Below, one piece after another: positions 12,801-25,110 of a DNA stretch of 64,000 nt (position 1 is the stretch's first letter; each line of letters starts with the position of its first letter). Source of the DNA: Anthoceros angustus (lineage: Eukaryota > Plantae > Anthocerotophyta); the NCBI GenBank assembly GCA_010909165.1, contig VJWM01000063.1, positions 620,001 to 684,000 on the forward strand. Reading direction: 5' to 3'. The translations under genes and the position numbers were made by a program. The notes under the pieces are model-generated. The model did no database searches. It was given only the letters and a program-made list of their open reading frames with translations, and was not told the origin of the DNA.

Positions 12801-14105
12801 TCCTCCAGTCGCTTGGTCTTGAAGGCGACCCCCACCTCAGGCGCCCTTGCGCTCTACTTAGCGGGGCCTCCGGCCCCTTGGGCGCCTCAAGCTCTCCTCC
12901 TTGAGGGCTCGAAATGTCCCCATACATGAATCGGTGTGGGGTCGGCCCCGATGGCGAGGCTTCTCGCTCCTTAGCTTGCGTGCCTCTGAACCGGGCGAAG
13001 ATAATCCTTCCCAGTCTCTCTTCCCATGGGCATGCGAGAATACCAGCAGTTATCACCAAGGTGATCCACCTTGGTGGCGAGTTCAATGGACAATGATCCG
13101 GGCTACCGCCCTTACTCGGATCCGGATCGGATATCAACCATCCGTTGGTTGTCGCGTTCGAGCCTCGCTGTATGGCCCTATCTTCCCTTGCCGCCTTAAG
13201 GGGCTGCGCCCCTTCTTCCTCCTTGAGGCGGTTGTAGGCCATCCTCGGGACCTCAAGGTCCATCGCCTCGGTCCTCCGGAGGTTCTTGGATCGGACCTCC
13301 TTGTTGATCGCGCCACATCTTCGGGCAAACTCCGGACTAGAGTAGCGTTGTCAAAGGTCGAGACCATTTGGAACACGTCCGCCATGCCCCCACCAATTCC
13401 CTGCTTCCTCCGGCGGGGCCGAAGTCCGGATAGCGCGGGTCACAATGTTGCGCTCCACGGTCCATGGCTCCCGGTTTCCGGCTTTTGGGTGCCATTGCTT
13501 TCTCCTCCTCTTATTCTTTGTAGGCTGGCGGCGGGTCCGGCACGATGTTCCTCCGCCGCGTTGCTCCAACCTTGATGCGCTCTGTGGCAGGCGCCCGAAG
13601 CGCGGGCGGATTGCGGGCGCAAGGGCTATGAGGATTATGCAGGCTGCGTGAAATGACCTCCCTCCTTGGCGCTTGTGGAAATGCTGGGCGGGAAGGCGCC
13701 TCTTCGTTGTCCGTAGCGCGAGTGCGCGGCTTACTCGACCCTCGCTTAGCTTACTGCGGCCTTCGCGCGCGCCGCGGGCGTGAATACTGCCTCGGCCTCT
13801 GGCAGGTTACAGTCTGACTCTGCATGCGACCTCCACTCGGGGCCGTCCGCGTGGCGCCGCCTCGTCATCCTCACGCCTCGCTCCTAGGTTACTTTCCTGG
13901 CGTACTTATCCTTTTGACACAGGTGGGTTCGGACTTATCCGTTACTCCGGCGTAGTCGAGCTTGCCATAGTGCAGGGTCCGTTGTTCACTCCGAGTCGGA
14001 GTATACTCGAGCCTCGTCGGGGCTACCCCAATTTATTCCTCCTTTTCCGCCTTTGTCCTTCAATCCTAGCAGAAACCCTATGACTGCTCCCGAGTGCAGC
14101 CCACA
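9828..14105 (-). repeat. 5' LTR (~4.3 kb)
   Basis: Starts tgtggc at 9828, ends cccaca at 14105, and is followed on the minus strand by the PBS. Confidence 0.93.
11040..13620 (-). pseudogene. LTR(U3)-encoded long ORF, 5' LTR copy
   Basis: Same motifs at ~13030-13090 and ~11147-11197. Confidence 0.62.
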
Positions 14106-15270
14106 TGGCCCTCCTTGAGCAACTCACCAATTGTGGTCCCAGATTCTCCACGGCACTCAAAGAAACAACAAGCTTGCGCCTTTGATCCTTCTCACTAATC
14201 GAGACCTCGCGGACTAGAGCGCCTCCTCACGGTGGAGCTCGAATGCAACAACTCTTCATCGACTTTCGGGAAGAACCTTATCGATGTTGTGGATGCGAGC
14301 GAGATGTATCTTGCATAGCTCAAGACAACCTCTATAGCAATGTAGTTCAGAGCCACCCAATAAGGTGGCCAATATGTGGTTCCACTCATGGAGCAAGTGT
14401 ATAACACTTGCGGTCCACCTTCCTTCAAGAAACTCTTGATAAGTTTCATCGCAAGCCCAAGGGCCTGTGGAGCATACCACCAATTTTTCGTATGGCAGTA
14501 AGCGTAGCTTCTTGACCAAATGTGATCCGATGGCAATACTAGGATTATGGTGTCATAATCCTAGACTAAAAAGCTACTAAAGTACTTCAAGAATATCTCT
14601 CATTTGTTAGATCACCATACTATGACTTTCGATTCAAACTTATGCCTCCACTAGGCAACCAATTCATATTCTTCATTAATTTTCATGGATTTGTCTTGTC
14701 CATCTTTACGTTCTTGACACTTTCATCTATCAAGAGGATAGATGAGAAAGTGTCTCATGAGATCATGAATGAAAAGGCATGTTGAGGACAAGATGGATGA
14801 AAATTGAGGATGAGTGCTTACCCGATCATGGTGTACGTTTGAATCAAAAGTCACAACTTTTAATCTAATACTAAATCGATGGACGTGTCGTGCATACTTG
14901 GTATGATAAGAAGTAAAGTGGCGATCACATATCACTCAAGCCAGTTGATCTTTTGGCATACCCGAAAAAGTAGTATTCATGAGTTTTGAGAGCTTGCTTC
15001 AAGATTATTTTGCACCAATGGTGACCGCCTTGTGAGTGACACTTGGGTTCAAGTGAGTCTGAAGAGTTGATCCCTTCATGCCATTGTGGTTTTGTTTGCA
15101 CCTTGACATTTGATCACGACTTAGAGATTGGCAAGGAAGGCAGCATGGAGATGCATGGTTTGCTGGTGTTCCAAAATGCAATTTTGGATAGATTGTTGAG
15201 AATGGGGGCTTGTCAGGCAATGGTCTATTTTCGAGGGCTCTTTAATGTTTTCTTCACGATTGAAATGTCA
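14106..15270. pseudogene. Unidentified degenerate coding relic upstream of the MAPK (also ~27290-28730 and ~48480-49935)
   Basis: Protein-like plus-strand consensus (QLFIDFRKNLIDVVDA; LKPVDLLAYPSEKVVFMSFESLLQDYFAP; DAWFAQLFQNAIVDRFVENGSL) with stops shared by all copies. Minus-strand frames are also partly open, so the strand is unresolved. Confidence 0.35.
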
Positions 15271-15855
15271 TAAATAGGTATATATCTGTTATGTAGGTCT
15301 TATATAGAACTATATGTATAATTAAGAAAATAGACATATATAAGTTCTAGAAAATTATCTATACCTATTTTCTTTAAGTATGATGACCTCTTTTACTTTT
15401 GATTTGCACTTAATATAGATATTACATGATTCCAATCTTCATAGTTGTCATTGGGTAGATTTTATTCTATATATCTCTACCTATATGAATGAACTTGGTA
15501 AGTAGATACTATCATATCATTTATAGTGAAATAATCACAGTACTTACTAAGTTTGTTGTATGATATAAATAACCTCGTTTCATTATATTAATGTAAGTCT
15601 TACGCCTTTTGCTATATGTCTAGACTATTTATACCTCTGTGGTAGTATCATTAACACATACTTACGAAGTTTTCATTGGACTTATTATTATACTTATCAC
15701 TACAAGTAATTTTGCACTCCAGTATAATAAATCCATAAGTCCTCCTATCTATCCTTTACTACATAAAGGCTCATATCTATCTACCTGCAGAGAACTTTCA
15801 TACGATAAATCAGCACATCAGCATCAGGGAAAAGGAACTCAGCAGGGGCCTTAAA

Positions 15856-17054
15856 ATGTGTCGTCGAGAAAAGGATTTACCGAGCTTGTATCTTTTTGGA
15901 AATATTACGAGGCAATGGCAGTACCTTTTAGAAAATTAAAGGTCAAGAGTTTATGGAGAAGTTTGTTGCAAAAGATTTAACTGTGATAAAAAATGTGGCT
16001 ATAAAAAATTAAATTTCAATATCAGTCACAAGACTATGATTTTTGTGCGGGAGATAACATTGCTCGAGTATTACACCATCCAAATATTATTAAATTAGAA
16101 GAAAATAATTTTCCACCAACAAAAAGGTAGATGAAGTTTATATAATACCAACAAAGAACTAATGGATCATGATTTATTTCAAGAGTTGCGAGATGTTGAA
16201 GAGTTTTCTATTGAAAAACAACGATCTTTATTACATCAAATACTTATTTGTATTTGCATGCAGCAAATGTTGTCCATAAATTTGAAGCCATCAAACATAG
16301 TGTTCTAAGATCTCAGGTTTACTTAAAATATCACGATTTTGGGTTGGCTCAGGTTGATTCCAACAAGTAATTTCATCCATCAACAAACTTCATGTTATGA
16401 TATATGGCTGAATGCTCACCGTGCTCCGGAGATTTGTATGGATGGTATGAAATGTTACATAAAACAATTGATATGTGGAGCATAGGATGTATCTTTGCGA
16501 AATATTACAACGAGGAATTTTATTTCAAATTTATCTCAAGGAAATAAAAGACCAAATCAAGCTAATTCAAAGTTTTTGAAGCAAGAAGAGTCAAAATAAT
16601 CGTCTAAAAGATTCTTTTGAAGTTCGGTTTCAAAAGTGATCCTACCGCCTTGTCTTTCATAACAACTTCTTGCCTTTCAACACGAAGAGATAGAATAACC
16701 ATAAAACATGCTCTACAACATCCTTTTTGAAGGTCTGGCAGTATCAAATTTTCATGTGCATCAGTATCATGAATATGGAGTTTCCTTTTGAGAATATTCT
16801 GCTCGAAGAACTAAGAGATTATTTTCTCATAAGATCTTTGAAACATACTCCTCGCAAGGCGAGAAAAAGTCGGCCAAGAGATATGATACCAAAAAGAAAA
16901 GATGTTGAATAAACCAATAATCAATAATGATTTACAAAGCGAGTCGATTCAGTTCAAATGATGAAGATTTTGAAAGGGATCAACCTATAAGCCAGCTCAA
17001 AATTGAGCCGTATATCAAAATTTCATATGGTTCTTCCATAAGAAAACAACTTGA
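15856..17054 (+). CDS. Intronless divergent MAP kinase (CMGC), copy A; frameshifted in this assembly
   Basis: Three-copy consensus: [119 protein letters not shown] possible upstream start lies near 15616. Confidence 0.85.
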
Positions 17055-17089
17055 TCACTTGCCTTTTATACAGGTATGATGAATGTTGG

Positions 17090-17171
17090 AATGATTGAGA
17101 TGTCTCAAACTCTTGAAATAATCGTTAGTCGGCGTATAATGGTGGTGTAAATGATTGAGATGTCTCAAACT
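17090..17171. repeat. Duplicated 22-bp motif AATGATTGAGATGTCTCAAACT downstream of the MAPK
   Basis: Copies at 17090 and 17150, also at 30555/30618 and 51767/51830. Internal dyad TTGAGA-TG-TCTCAA. Confidence 0.85.
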
Positions 17172-17339
17172 AATGGCGTTCTAAATCACAATTTGCATTG
17201 TAATTGACATCTTAATGAGTGTTCTAAATCAGGCGTCTTAAGCGAAATTGTAATATGATAACTCATTCTATAATTTATTAAATACGTCATAAAATCTATC
17301 GTAAATTTTTGTGTTTTTTTTTCTCCTTGTGGTGTTTAA

Positions 17340-18040
17340 AGCCTCATTTCCTATTGATGAAATGGACCCACTCGATGGAAATGCTCCTTAAAGTCCTTGA
17401 GAGAGGAAACCAAATGTTGAGTATTTATAGATCAAAGCTAAACTTGAAATAAAATGATAATATTTGATACTTGTGCCTTAGCATACGAATGAACCTCAAC
17501 AACCAAATTTTTGTCAATTGGCGAATGGTTTCAATAGTGATACATAGAGTACATCGTTAAGTTGTAAAATCCATTCAAGTGGTTGTAACTTGTAAGCCAC
17601 TTCCCAAGGCACCTCAAGACTACAAAGGACCTCCACATCTCGGTCTTAGCTTAGAGATTATCCTTGTGGTAATATGAAATGTTTCGATTCACCCATACCT
17701 TATCCCCAACGCATTGAAGATAATTTCTCTCTTATACTATCGGCATATTGCCGGCGTGTGAGCTTGACTAAAATTCATGGCAATCTCATACTAGCCTTCA
17801 ACTCCTCAATGAATTTCGTGGATTTCTAGTTGTAGTGTTGAAAACTTTAGCATTTAGCATGGATACCACCATAATCCTCCCATCTCAATAGGCTACAACT
17901 TAGAGAGCATGTGTAGCATTATTGTAACAAAATTCTGCATCATCTAAATGATAAGCCCAATCTCTCTTATCAATCTTGCCTTGCGTATTGTCTTTAAGTA
18001 TTCTTCTTGGATTTGGTTGACTTGCATTGTTGAGCCATAT
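17340..18040 (-). pseudogene. Chromovirus-type gypsy integrase C-terminal relic, copy A
   Basis: Consensus of the copies: DWAYHLDDAEFCYNNATH, then F.VGDKVWVN..KL.PR..GPF.V..EVAYKLQ..HDAFHVSLLKPF. Confidence 0.8.
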
Positions 18041-18059
18041 GTATTTGGATGACGTATGC

Positions 18060-19167
18060 TCATACACAATTCTACGCTCAAACTTTTCATCAAATCTTGC
18101 GGAATTCTCCATGAACTGTGGGAGACCACATGTACATAACCCTATTTGGTGCACTTGTGGGAGGCGGAGGGCTCTTGACCAGCAAGAGCTTGAGGATGCT
18201 TGGCATCCTTTGAATAAAGTGTCTATATATGGTGGGGGATCGCTTCGTTCGAACAATGGTGTAGGGAGTAGAGGTGGCTAGTTCCACAGCGGTGGCCGAG
18301 CATGGAGCGTCTGGATCTGGGCGAGAGTTAACAACCCTAGTGGCGGGCAGGCGGGGCAATGGTGAGCAAATTCGGAACAAGCGGAAGAAGACCGCTTTTG
18401 GAGTCTTTGGAAGTTCACGAAATTTCAAAGGCGGAACTTCAGTGAGTTGAGTGAAGGCGTGTCTGAGGCGGTTTTCTTTTTTATGGCGCAAGTGTTTGCA
18501 TCATGGAAGGAGCACGGTGGAGTCTTGCGATGCCGAGGCGACAGCGGTGGGAGAACCCCGGCACGTGTCAATGGCGGGCGGTGTAAACTCACGAGGCGGG
18601 GCTGTGTGGTAGCGGAGGCGGAGTGGTATGAGCTCGAAGGAGAACTTCCTCGGGTGTGGATCGGGGGCAGAGAGCCTAAGGAGGAGTTTGAGCCGGACGG
18701 GAGGCGGGAAGAAGAGATGGCGCCTCGGGCATGTGAGAGATTCCCCACTACGTGATTGGCCCAACATGGACCATTGGAAGGTTAGAGCTGGTGGCCTTGT
18801 GCAAGAGTTGGGATTGAGCTTCATGGAGAAGAAATGGTGTTACGGTCCGCATTGGTGCGGGGAGTGTGCTGATTGAAGGCCAAGTCGCGGGGAGGGTGAC
18901 ATGAGGCGGAGGCAAATTGGGACCTAGAACTCTTCCGGGCGGTGTATGGGCGGGAGGTCGGAGGCAGAGTCAGTGATTATTTGAGGAAGACCTTAAAGGC
19001 TGCAGCGACAGCAATCATGAAGCCTGGAGAGATGCGGGCTAACAATGGATGGGTGACCCGCCAAACTCGCGTCTGTGCAACTCGTGGGGCTGGCCAATTG
19101 GATTTTGTGCTTCTGAGCAATTTGGATCACATGGCGGACCACTTCTAATCTTCCTACATGAAATAGT
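18060..19167 (+). pseudogene. Unidentified coding relic (contiguous in unit A, split by the solo LTR in B and C)
   Basis: Protein-like peptides recur across the copies: ELEDAWHPLNK, FFFMAQVFAS, EFEPDGRREEEMAPR and WPNMDHWKVRA..LVQEL.LSFMEKKWCY. B parts ~31540-32048 and 40130-40690; C parts ~52745-53255 and 61105-61670. Confidence 0.45.
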
Positions 19168-20399
19168 AAAAGACGCGGATAGATTGGGGGCGGGATAATT
19201 TTTGAGAGGGCGTGTGAAGAGAGGCGAATTTATGATCTGTTAGAAAGGGTTTCTCCAAAACCCCTTTTGCACTATGAGACTTGGCCGGACCCCTTTTGCA
19301 CTTGAAAAAATCCGCACTATAATCGAGGCTTTTTGATATTTTCTGCCGGACATGTTACAAAACCTTTTGAATAATTGTTTTGATACATGTTATTTGAGAT
19401 TGTAGATTGCAGAGTATGTGGCAAAACCTAAAGTCCCATTCGCTCGCTTTTTTTCAAACTGGACATACAAATTGTGCGCATAACTTGTCGTGCACTTACA
19501 TCCACATCTCCGCAATCATGATGGTTGCGTGTTGGACGATACAAAACATTTAAAGTTTTTAGGGCTTGTCAGACTCAGTGCGCAAACTTGTTTGCGCTTT
19601 CATTCATACTAGTCAATCCTATATGACTATACTCCGAGAATTTTACGGGACTTTGTTCCTTAGACATTGGGACAATAATATCTTCTTTATGATGCTCTTG
19701 ATCCACGCCTAGTGCGAATGAGAGTGGCATGGTCCTGCACTTAGAGTGAGCCCACACCAAACGTCTCAAGATTCAAGATGCAAAGGTTCTACTGGTTCAA
19801 AGTTTTAACCACTAGAAAAAGATGAGGGTTAAGTAAAGATAAGAACATATCCACATTAGGGAGCTGCACAAAAAGGTTGAAAACATCGAAAGGAACCCCT
19901 TTACAAAACAATAAAAATATCAAAAATACAATGAAAATTGGAGATTTTTAGAGCAAGGCAGCACTTGCTCTAAAATTTTTGACAATTAGAGCACATCGGA
20001 GTTTCCAAGACATCTCAAACCGCCAAAAGGACATGCTTCCCCATTAGGATCATTTTCGCGTTCTTTTGCAGATGCATGCACAAGTTTGCACATAAGCGTT
20101 GTTTAGGCCGCTTATGCGCCTAGTATACAAAACATACAAAACCACACAAATGCGAAACTACGGACATGGCGAAATTATGGAACAATGAGGTCATGGCCTT
20201 CATCACACCGACTAAATCGCCATGAACACGAGTATAAGACGCCAGGTAAATGACTCGCGAGTGGTGCGAGGCGAATGCCCGGCAACCGATGGATGAACAC
20301 CTCCCGAAACCAACAAAACCAAACCAACTTCGGCGAAATAGGGTTGGGATTTTTCCAAAACCCTTTGTGAGAGAAACCCCTTTCTAAACAGAGACAAGT

Positions 20400-23300
20400 T
20401 ATTTGCTCCTCGCTCCTCGTCCCTCTCTAATCTCGCCCTTCTTGATTCATGTATTTGCGTGTTCCAAGTGCCTAAGCGAGTTGGAGGATTGTGTCGCCTC
20501 CATAGTTGGAAGCCAGTCGGGAGCTCGAGGTAGAAGAAGAAGAGTCCAGGAAGATTAGGAAAAGGACTCAGGTTGGGAATTTGCGGCACCGAAGATTCGA
20601 GATGAAGGAGAGCGTTGAGGACAAGAAGAGGAAGGCGATGGCGGCCGGGTCGACCAAAAGGGAAGACGACCATAGAAGGCGGAGCTCCGCAACCACACCC
20701 GGATCACGGGTCGGCAACAGGCAGAACCACGGGAGAAGGAGGAAGGCAAAGGAAAGCAGTGAGTTATCCTCTCTCTTGGGTGTGGAGGACTATGGCCCCA
20801 TAGGGGAGTTTTATGAATGAGGAGGCGGTTGCCAACGCCTGGGAAGGAAGAGTTAACTCCGCGGGTTCTCAGGAGTTGAAGGACACTTTGGGGATACTCC
20901 TTTGGCCTGTCCAGGCGGGGTGGAGGCAGTGACACGGCCGAGCACGGGGCCCGATGTGGAAGGGATGGCCATGGGCGAGCCTAATTTGGCGACCTGCGGT
21001 CGAACTTGCGAATGACTCAAACCCGATGGATCTTCTCGACCCGGTCATGGCTCTCACGCGCTTAGTATGCAAGGCTGCAAGAGAAGTTCAAGGAAAAGTT
21101 GGAGGGTGGAAGCTAGAAAAAGCAATGGAGGACCGCGGGAGTGTGAGGAGTCACTAAGCAAGATACAGGAGGAGCTGAGGGTTATGTCCACCCAACAGGA
21201 GGCCCTGGTGACCCAAGTAAAAGGGGCGCATGCTACGATTGAGGAGCTCCAGAATGAAATTTCGCGAGTCCAGGAACAGGTGGAGACGCTGGCGCCTCTG
21301 GAGAAGTTCAAGAAGCTAGCGGAAAGGTATAAGCGGGAGAGAGATGAGGCTAGGGCCAGGGTCAAGAGAGAGATGGGCAAGTGCAAGAAGGCGGGACATC
21401 AACCACGCGGTGCAGAAGCAGCCACCGTTGGGGGAAACTGACCACGGTGGCTAAAAGCGACCACTGGTCGCGGAAGAAAGACTCAAGGTGGGGAAGCCAC
21501 TGTCGGGAGGATTGTAAGAGGGATGCGGCCGGATTCCGTGGAGGCAGTGATCCGAATTGTCCACAGGCGGAGAGGGTAAGGACCACCTCTTTAAGGAGGC
21601 GTATTGTCTGGCGTGGATGAGGATGCTCATGTCGCCCGACTTTCGCATGGTGAGCGGGTGCTCATTCAAATGTGTATGCGGTTGTTGGGACAAGAAGGGG
21701 CGAAACTGGCGCACATCCTAACCGCCACCTGCCCTTTGAGCGGGAGCCGTGGCTCCCGTTCGAAGGAACTCCTTCGAACGGCAGGGGCGGCATACCCTCC
21801 CAAGTTGTGCTCGAGGAGATGAGCAAGGAGGCAGGCTGATGAGGAGGGAGCGCATGTGGTTGTCGGTGATGAGGGGGGCGACATACGCGGGCGGGCGGCA
21901 CCTCACGGAAGGAGTGAAGGGACCTCGGATAGCGGAAGTGAGGTGGGTAGTAAGGGAGAATCTTTCGGATCGGGCGTCGAGGCGAGGGAACACCCATGGA
22001 AGGCTGGGGCTAGGCATAGCAGGCGCGTGATTTTAGAGGAAGCGGCATCATGGGTCGAGGGGCTTTCACCGGATTAGGGATAAGGTGCTAGGAAGCTGAA
22101 TCATGGTGCAGATTGGTAGGTGGGCTTGTGGTAGGTCGGCCATTTTTTGATGATGGGGAAGAGTGAGTTATGGCGTTAGTGGCGGATCATAGAGAGACCC
22201 CCTTTAATCTCTTGATAATTTAGAGCTCCCGTGTCAGAGTCTGTGAGATTGATTGGGCGAGGGTGTCGATTGATTGAAGCGCCTTCTCGTCCTGAGGCCC
22301 GGGAGATCCACTGGATGAGTCGAGTGAGTGACCAAGCTCAAGCAGGAGGCGTGCGGTGAGGCTCGCATCTGGGAAGGGAAGATTTCCAGGGGCCGGAGGT
22401 GAGATCATGTTGTGCGATCCACAGGTCTTGACCAATTTGTTTTTTCTTTCCTTCAACAACCGTCTAACCAAATTGTGTCCTAATTTCCACAGTAGAGGTC
22501 CGTGGTGGCGCGAAGGGAAGTCTGTGGTGGCCCAAGGTGAGGTCTGTGGGTGGCACAGAAGGTGAGGTCCAGGTGAGTGCGAGAGAGGAGGAAGGAGGAA
22601 ACCAACCTGATCAAGAGCCATGGAAGGGCTTGATTTGGCAGGGGCGGACCCCTAACGATGGGTAGGTCAGGGACTTGAGGGCCTGAGGACCGGAGTAATA
22701 AGTCCGGGTAATAAGTCCCACCCCAGGTCCGAACCCCGGGAGATGAGACTTTACTTGGAAGACCTGGGACTGAACGAAACCATCCCGAAACCACAGGTTC
22801 GGACCTGGGAGTGAGGCCGAGACCCGAGTCCGGTGGGACTCGGAGGTGAGGGGGACCCCCCTCCCAGAGCTCACGCTATATGTAGCAGTCGGGTCGGTGG
22901 CTGGCCCCTCTTTGGGAGGGACCCACCTCGCGTGCCAGGAGGAAGATGTGGTGTTCTGCGGGTCACGGGGCCGACCGCCACGCAGAGCTCCACCCCGAGG
23001 GTCCCTCGGGAAGGGAAGGGTCTCCGCCTCGCGGATCATCCGATTAAGAAGGCTGGCAGGTCAGAGCCAGGTAGGGTCACTCGCCAGCGCGAGGCGGAAC
23101 CAAGGCATCCCTGGTGCTGCCGCCCGTGACTTTAGGAGATAGGGAGGCGTAGTAAGATGGTGAGGCGGGTAGAGCTGCCTTGGTAGCCATCGAATGCCAT
23201 CGAGCCTGCATTAGGGAGTATGTCAACAAACGCCGACCTTGATTTGCGTATAAAATAAGAAAGGCTGGTCACTCTAAGTAAAGTATCTTTCTCTTGGTGT

Positions 23301-23929
23301 TGATGCCGCGTTTTCTTGCGAGGCCCTGCGATGCTTTGTTTTCATAACGTGGTCTGAGTCAGGCGAGCCGACAAGCTCCGGAGAGGCGGTCGAGTCAAGG
23401 TCCCGGACCCCTGACCCCAACGTGTGGTGGTGTGTGCGGGGAAGGCGGCGGACCCTTGCTCGTCCCAAGCGGCTGACTCCGATACTTGGACGGGCCGAAC
23501 GCGTGAGCGCGTGTGAAGGAACCCCGGGAGGGCGTGCTAGAGCCGGACGGAGGGGGCCCAGCGGAGAGCGGCGGAGGAGGAGTCGGACATATGACCACCG
23601 TGATTCTCCCCAAGGATATTGAGTGAAGTGTGAATGATGAGAAGGAACGGACTAGAGGGACGAAAGGTAGCGAGCTTGAATGACAGATTAGAGGGCCGAA
23701 GCGGGTCCTTAAAGCGTTGGCCACGCGGCCCCGTCAGGTATGAATGCTACGGGTAGTTAATCGTAACGCCGAGATGTGTGTAGAGTCTAAGATGGGTACT
23801 ATCATTGAGGTGAGAAACGCTTTGAAAGCGCCGCCACAACCTGAGTCTATCATTCTCTTGGGAACGGACGGACCTCCTTACTACAGCGACAGGTTATGCG
23901 CTTGGTGGCCGTCCGGTAGTCGCGCCACA
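20400..23929 (+). mobile_element. LTR-related element of a sister subfamily (5' boundary unresolved) with a coiled-coil ORF relic, copy A
   Basis: 22600-23929 is homologous to the 3'-terminal ~1.3 kb of the large LTRs and ends cgcgccaca. The upstream 20500-22077 encodes a heptad-like ECEESLSKIQEELRVMSTQQEAL...LEKFKKLAERYKRERDEAR. No PBS follows the end. Confidence 0.7.
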
Positions 23930-24109
23930 CCAGTCTGAATTACACTGTAGTGAGTAGGGATGATTCGGATGTTGATACCGAGCTTCATCCGTCCAGAGTT
24001 CCACATGATGTGAGTTCTCATTCAGCCGCTTTTAACCTGAATTTTGCAATTTGATAAGCGAGGCAATTCGATGGCCCGGTAAACTGAGTCTGGATGTCTT
24101 TGGCGAGTG

Positions 24110-25110
24110 CTAGCCTCGAGTGTTGTGTTGATTGGGTAGGCGAGATGGGCTGTAATCCACTAAGCCTAGGGCTTCCTTATGAAAGCTGTGCCTGTATGCA
24201 ATATTGGACAAGCTCTTGGTGAGCAGTCGTCGATGTTGAGCTCTGTGGGCACATATTGTTCAATGATGACCACCTCCGCTCAAGTTCAAAAAGTGTCGAA
24301 CAAAATGATGGTGGATCTCGATGCTCTTCAGGCCGATGCGGCGTGAAAGTGGATTCCCCACAAGTGCGATTGTGGACATGTTGTCACAAAGATGCAAAGG
24401 TGGTTTGGAAGCCACCGTGAGAATTCAAGCCAAAGAAGAGATACTTCTGCGTTGATGCGGTCCGATTGTCGGCCCACCCCAAGCATCCGTGCATGGCGAA
24501 CAAAGGTAACATCCTATCCATGCCTACGTAGCATAGTCCATGTGGAAGTTCCTTTCAAAACGCAATATTCTTTTCACTACGATCCAAGGCTCCTTGCACT
24601 GGATTTTCGAAATTGAGACAACCCACTAACGGCATGTTGGATGTCGAGGCCTTGTCAGTTGTGATATAGTTCTAAATTTCTGACCCTCTTGACATGGCGA
24701 TAGGAACTCGGCTCATGAGTTCGTCTGCGTCTCACACATCCGTGGACTCAGCAAAGCGGAAGTGAGTTTCACTCCTACCATGCGGCTAGGGTACTAACAA
24801 AGTTTAGCTTCTGCGAGGGTTGAGCTCATGAGGAGGTCAAGTTGATGTATTTGTCCGGTGAAGGATTAGGGTGTGGTTAGCTTTCTGTCTCTTAGGCTGC
24901 GACTCCAAGGACAAAGGTAAGTTGTCCGAGTATCCTTCATGTCCATAGCGTTATACAACATCCTTTAACCCAATCCAGTAGGTCTCAAGTATTTGATGCG
25001 AGGATGGTATCATCACGTACAAGAGCTAATATAATAATAGATAGCCTCCTTTTGTATAGATGTAGATGTTGCATCAGTGATTCTAGATAAAGATGGACTT
25101 AAGGTTAAGG
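24110..25110 (-). pseudogene. Ty1/copia RT-RNase H relic, copy A
   Basis: Homologous to 45424-46350; degenerate LYVDD-like and RNase H motifs. Confidence 0.8.

Larger units (their letters stand above)
84..14105 (-). mobile_element. Full-length Ty3/gypsy LTR retrotransposon, non-chromovirus (Athila/Tat/Phygy/Selgy-like), ~14 kb with ~4.3-kb LTRs
   Basis: Two direct repeats (84-4378, 9828-14105) bounded by TGTGG...CCACA. PBS and PPT are correctly placed for the minus strand, and the order is gag-PR-RT-RH-INT. The flanks (1-83 and 14106 onward) join into a sequence found uninterrupted at ~27500-27600 and ~48700-48800 (empty sites). The TSD is not readable. Confidence 0.95.

Noticed and set aside
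84-14105. Dating the insertion from LTR-LTR divergence and calling a TSD
   Set aside because: Differences are dominated by small indels that look like sequencing error, and the flanks (tgctt / tggcc) give no clean 5-bp duplication.
15856-17054. Calling the MAPK copies definite pseudogenes
   Set aside because: The disruptions are largely copy-specific and often at homopolymers, matching the window-wide error pattern. Their status cannot be decided without accurate reads.
17090-17171. CRISPR-like repeat-spacer-repeat (22-bp dyad repeat, 38-bp spacer)
   Set aside because: Only two repeats, essentially the same spacer in each unit, no cas genes, and a eukaryotic TE context.
17303-17322. Poly(A) tail of a MAPK retrocopy
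   Set aside because: The tract is T-rich on the kinase sense strand, the wrong polarity, and no flanking TSD is visible.
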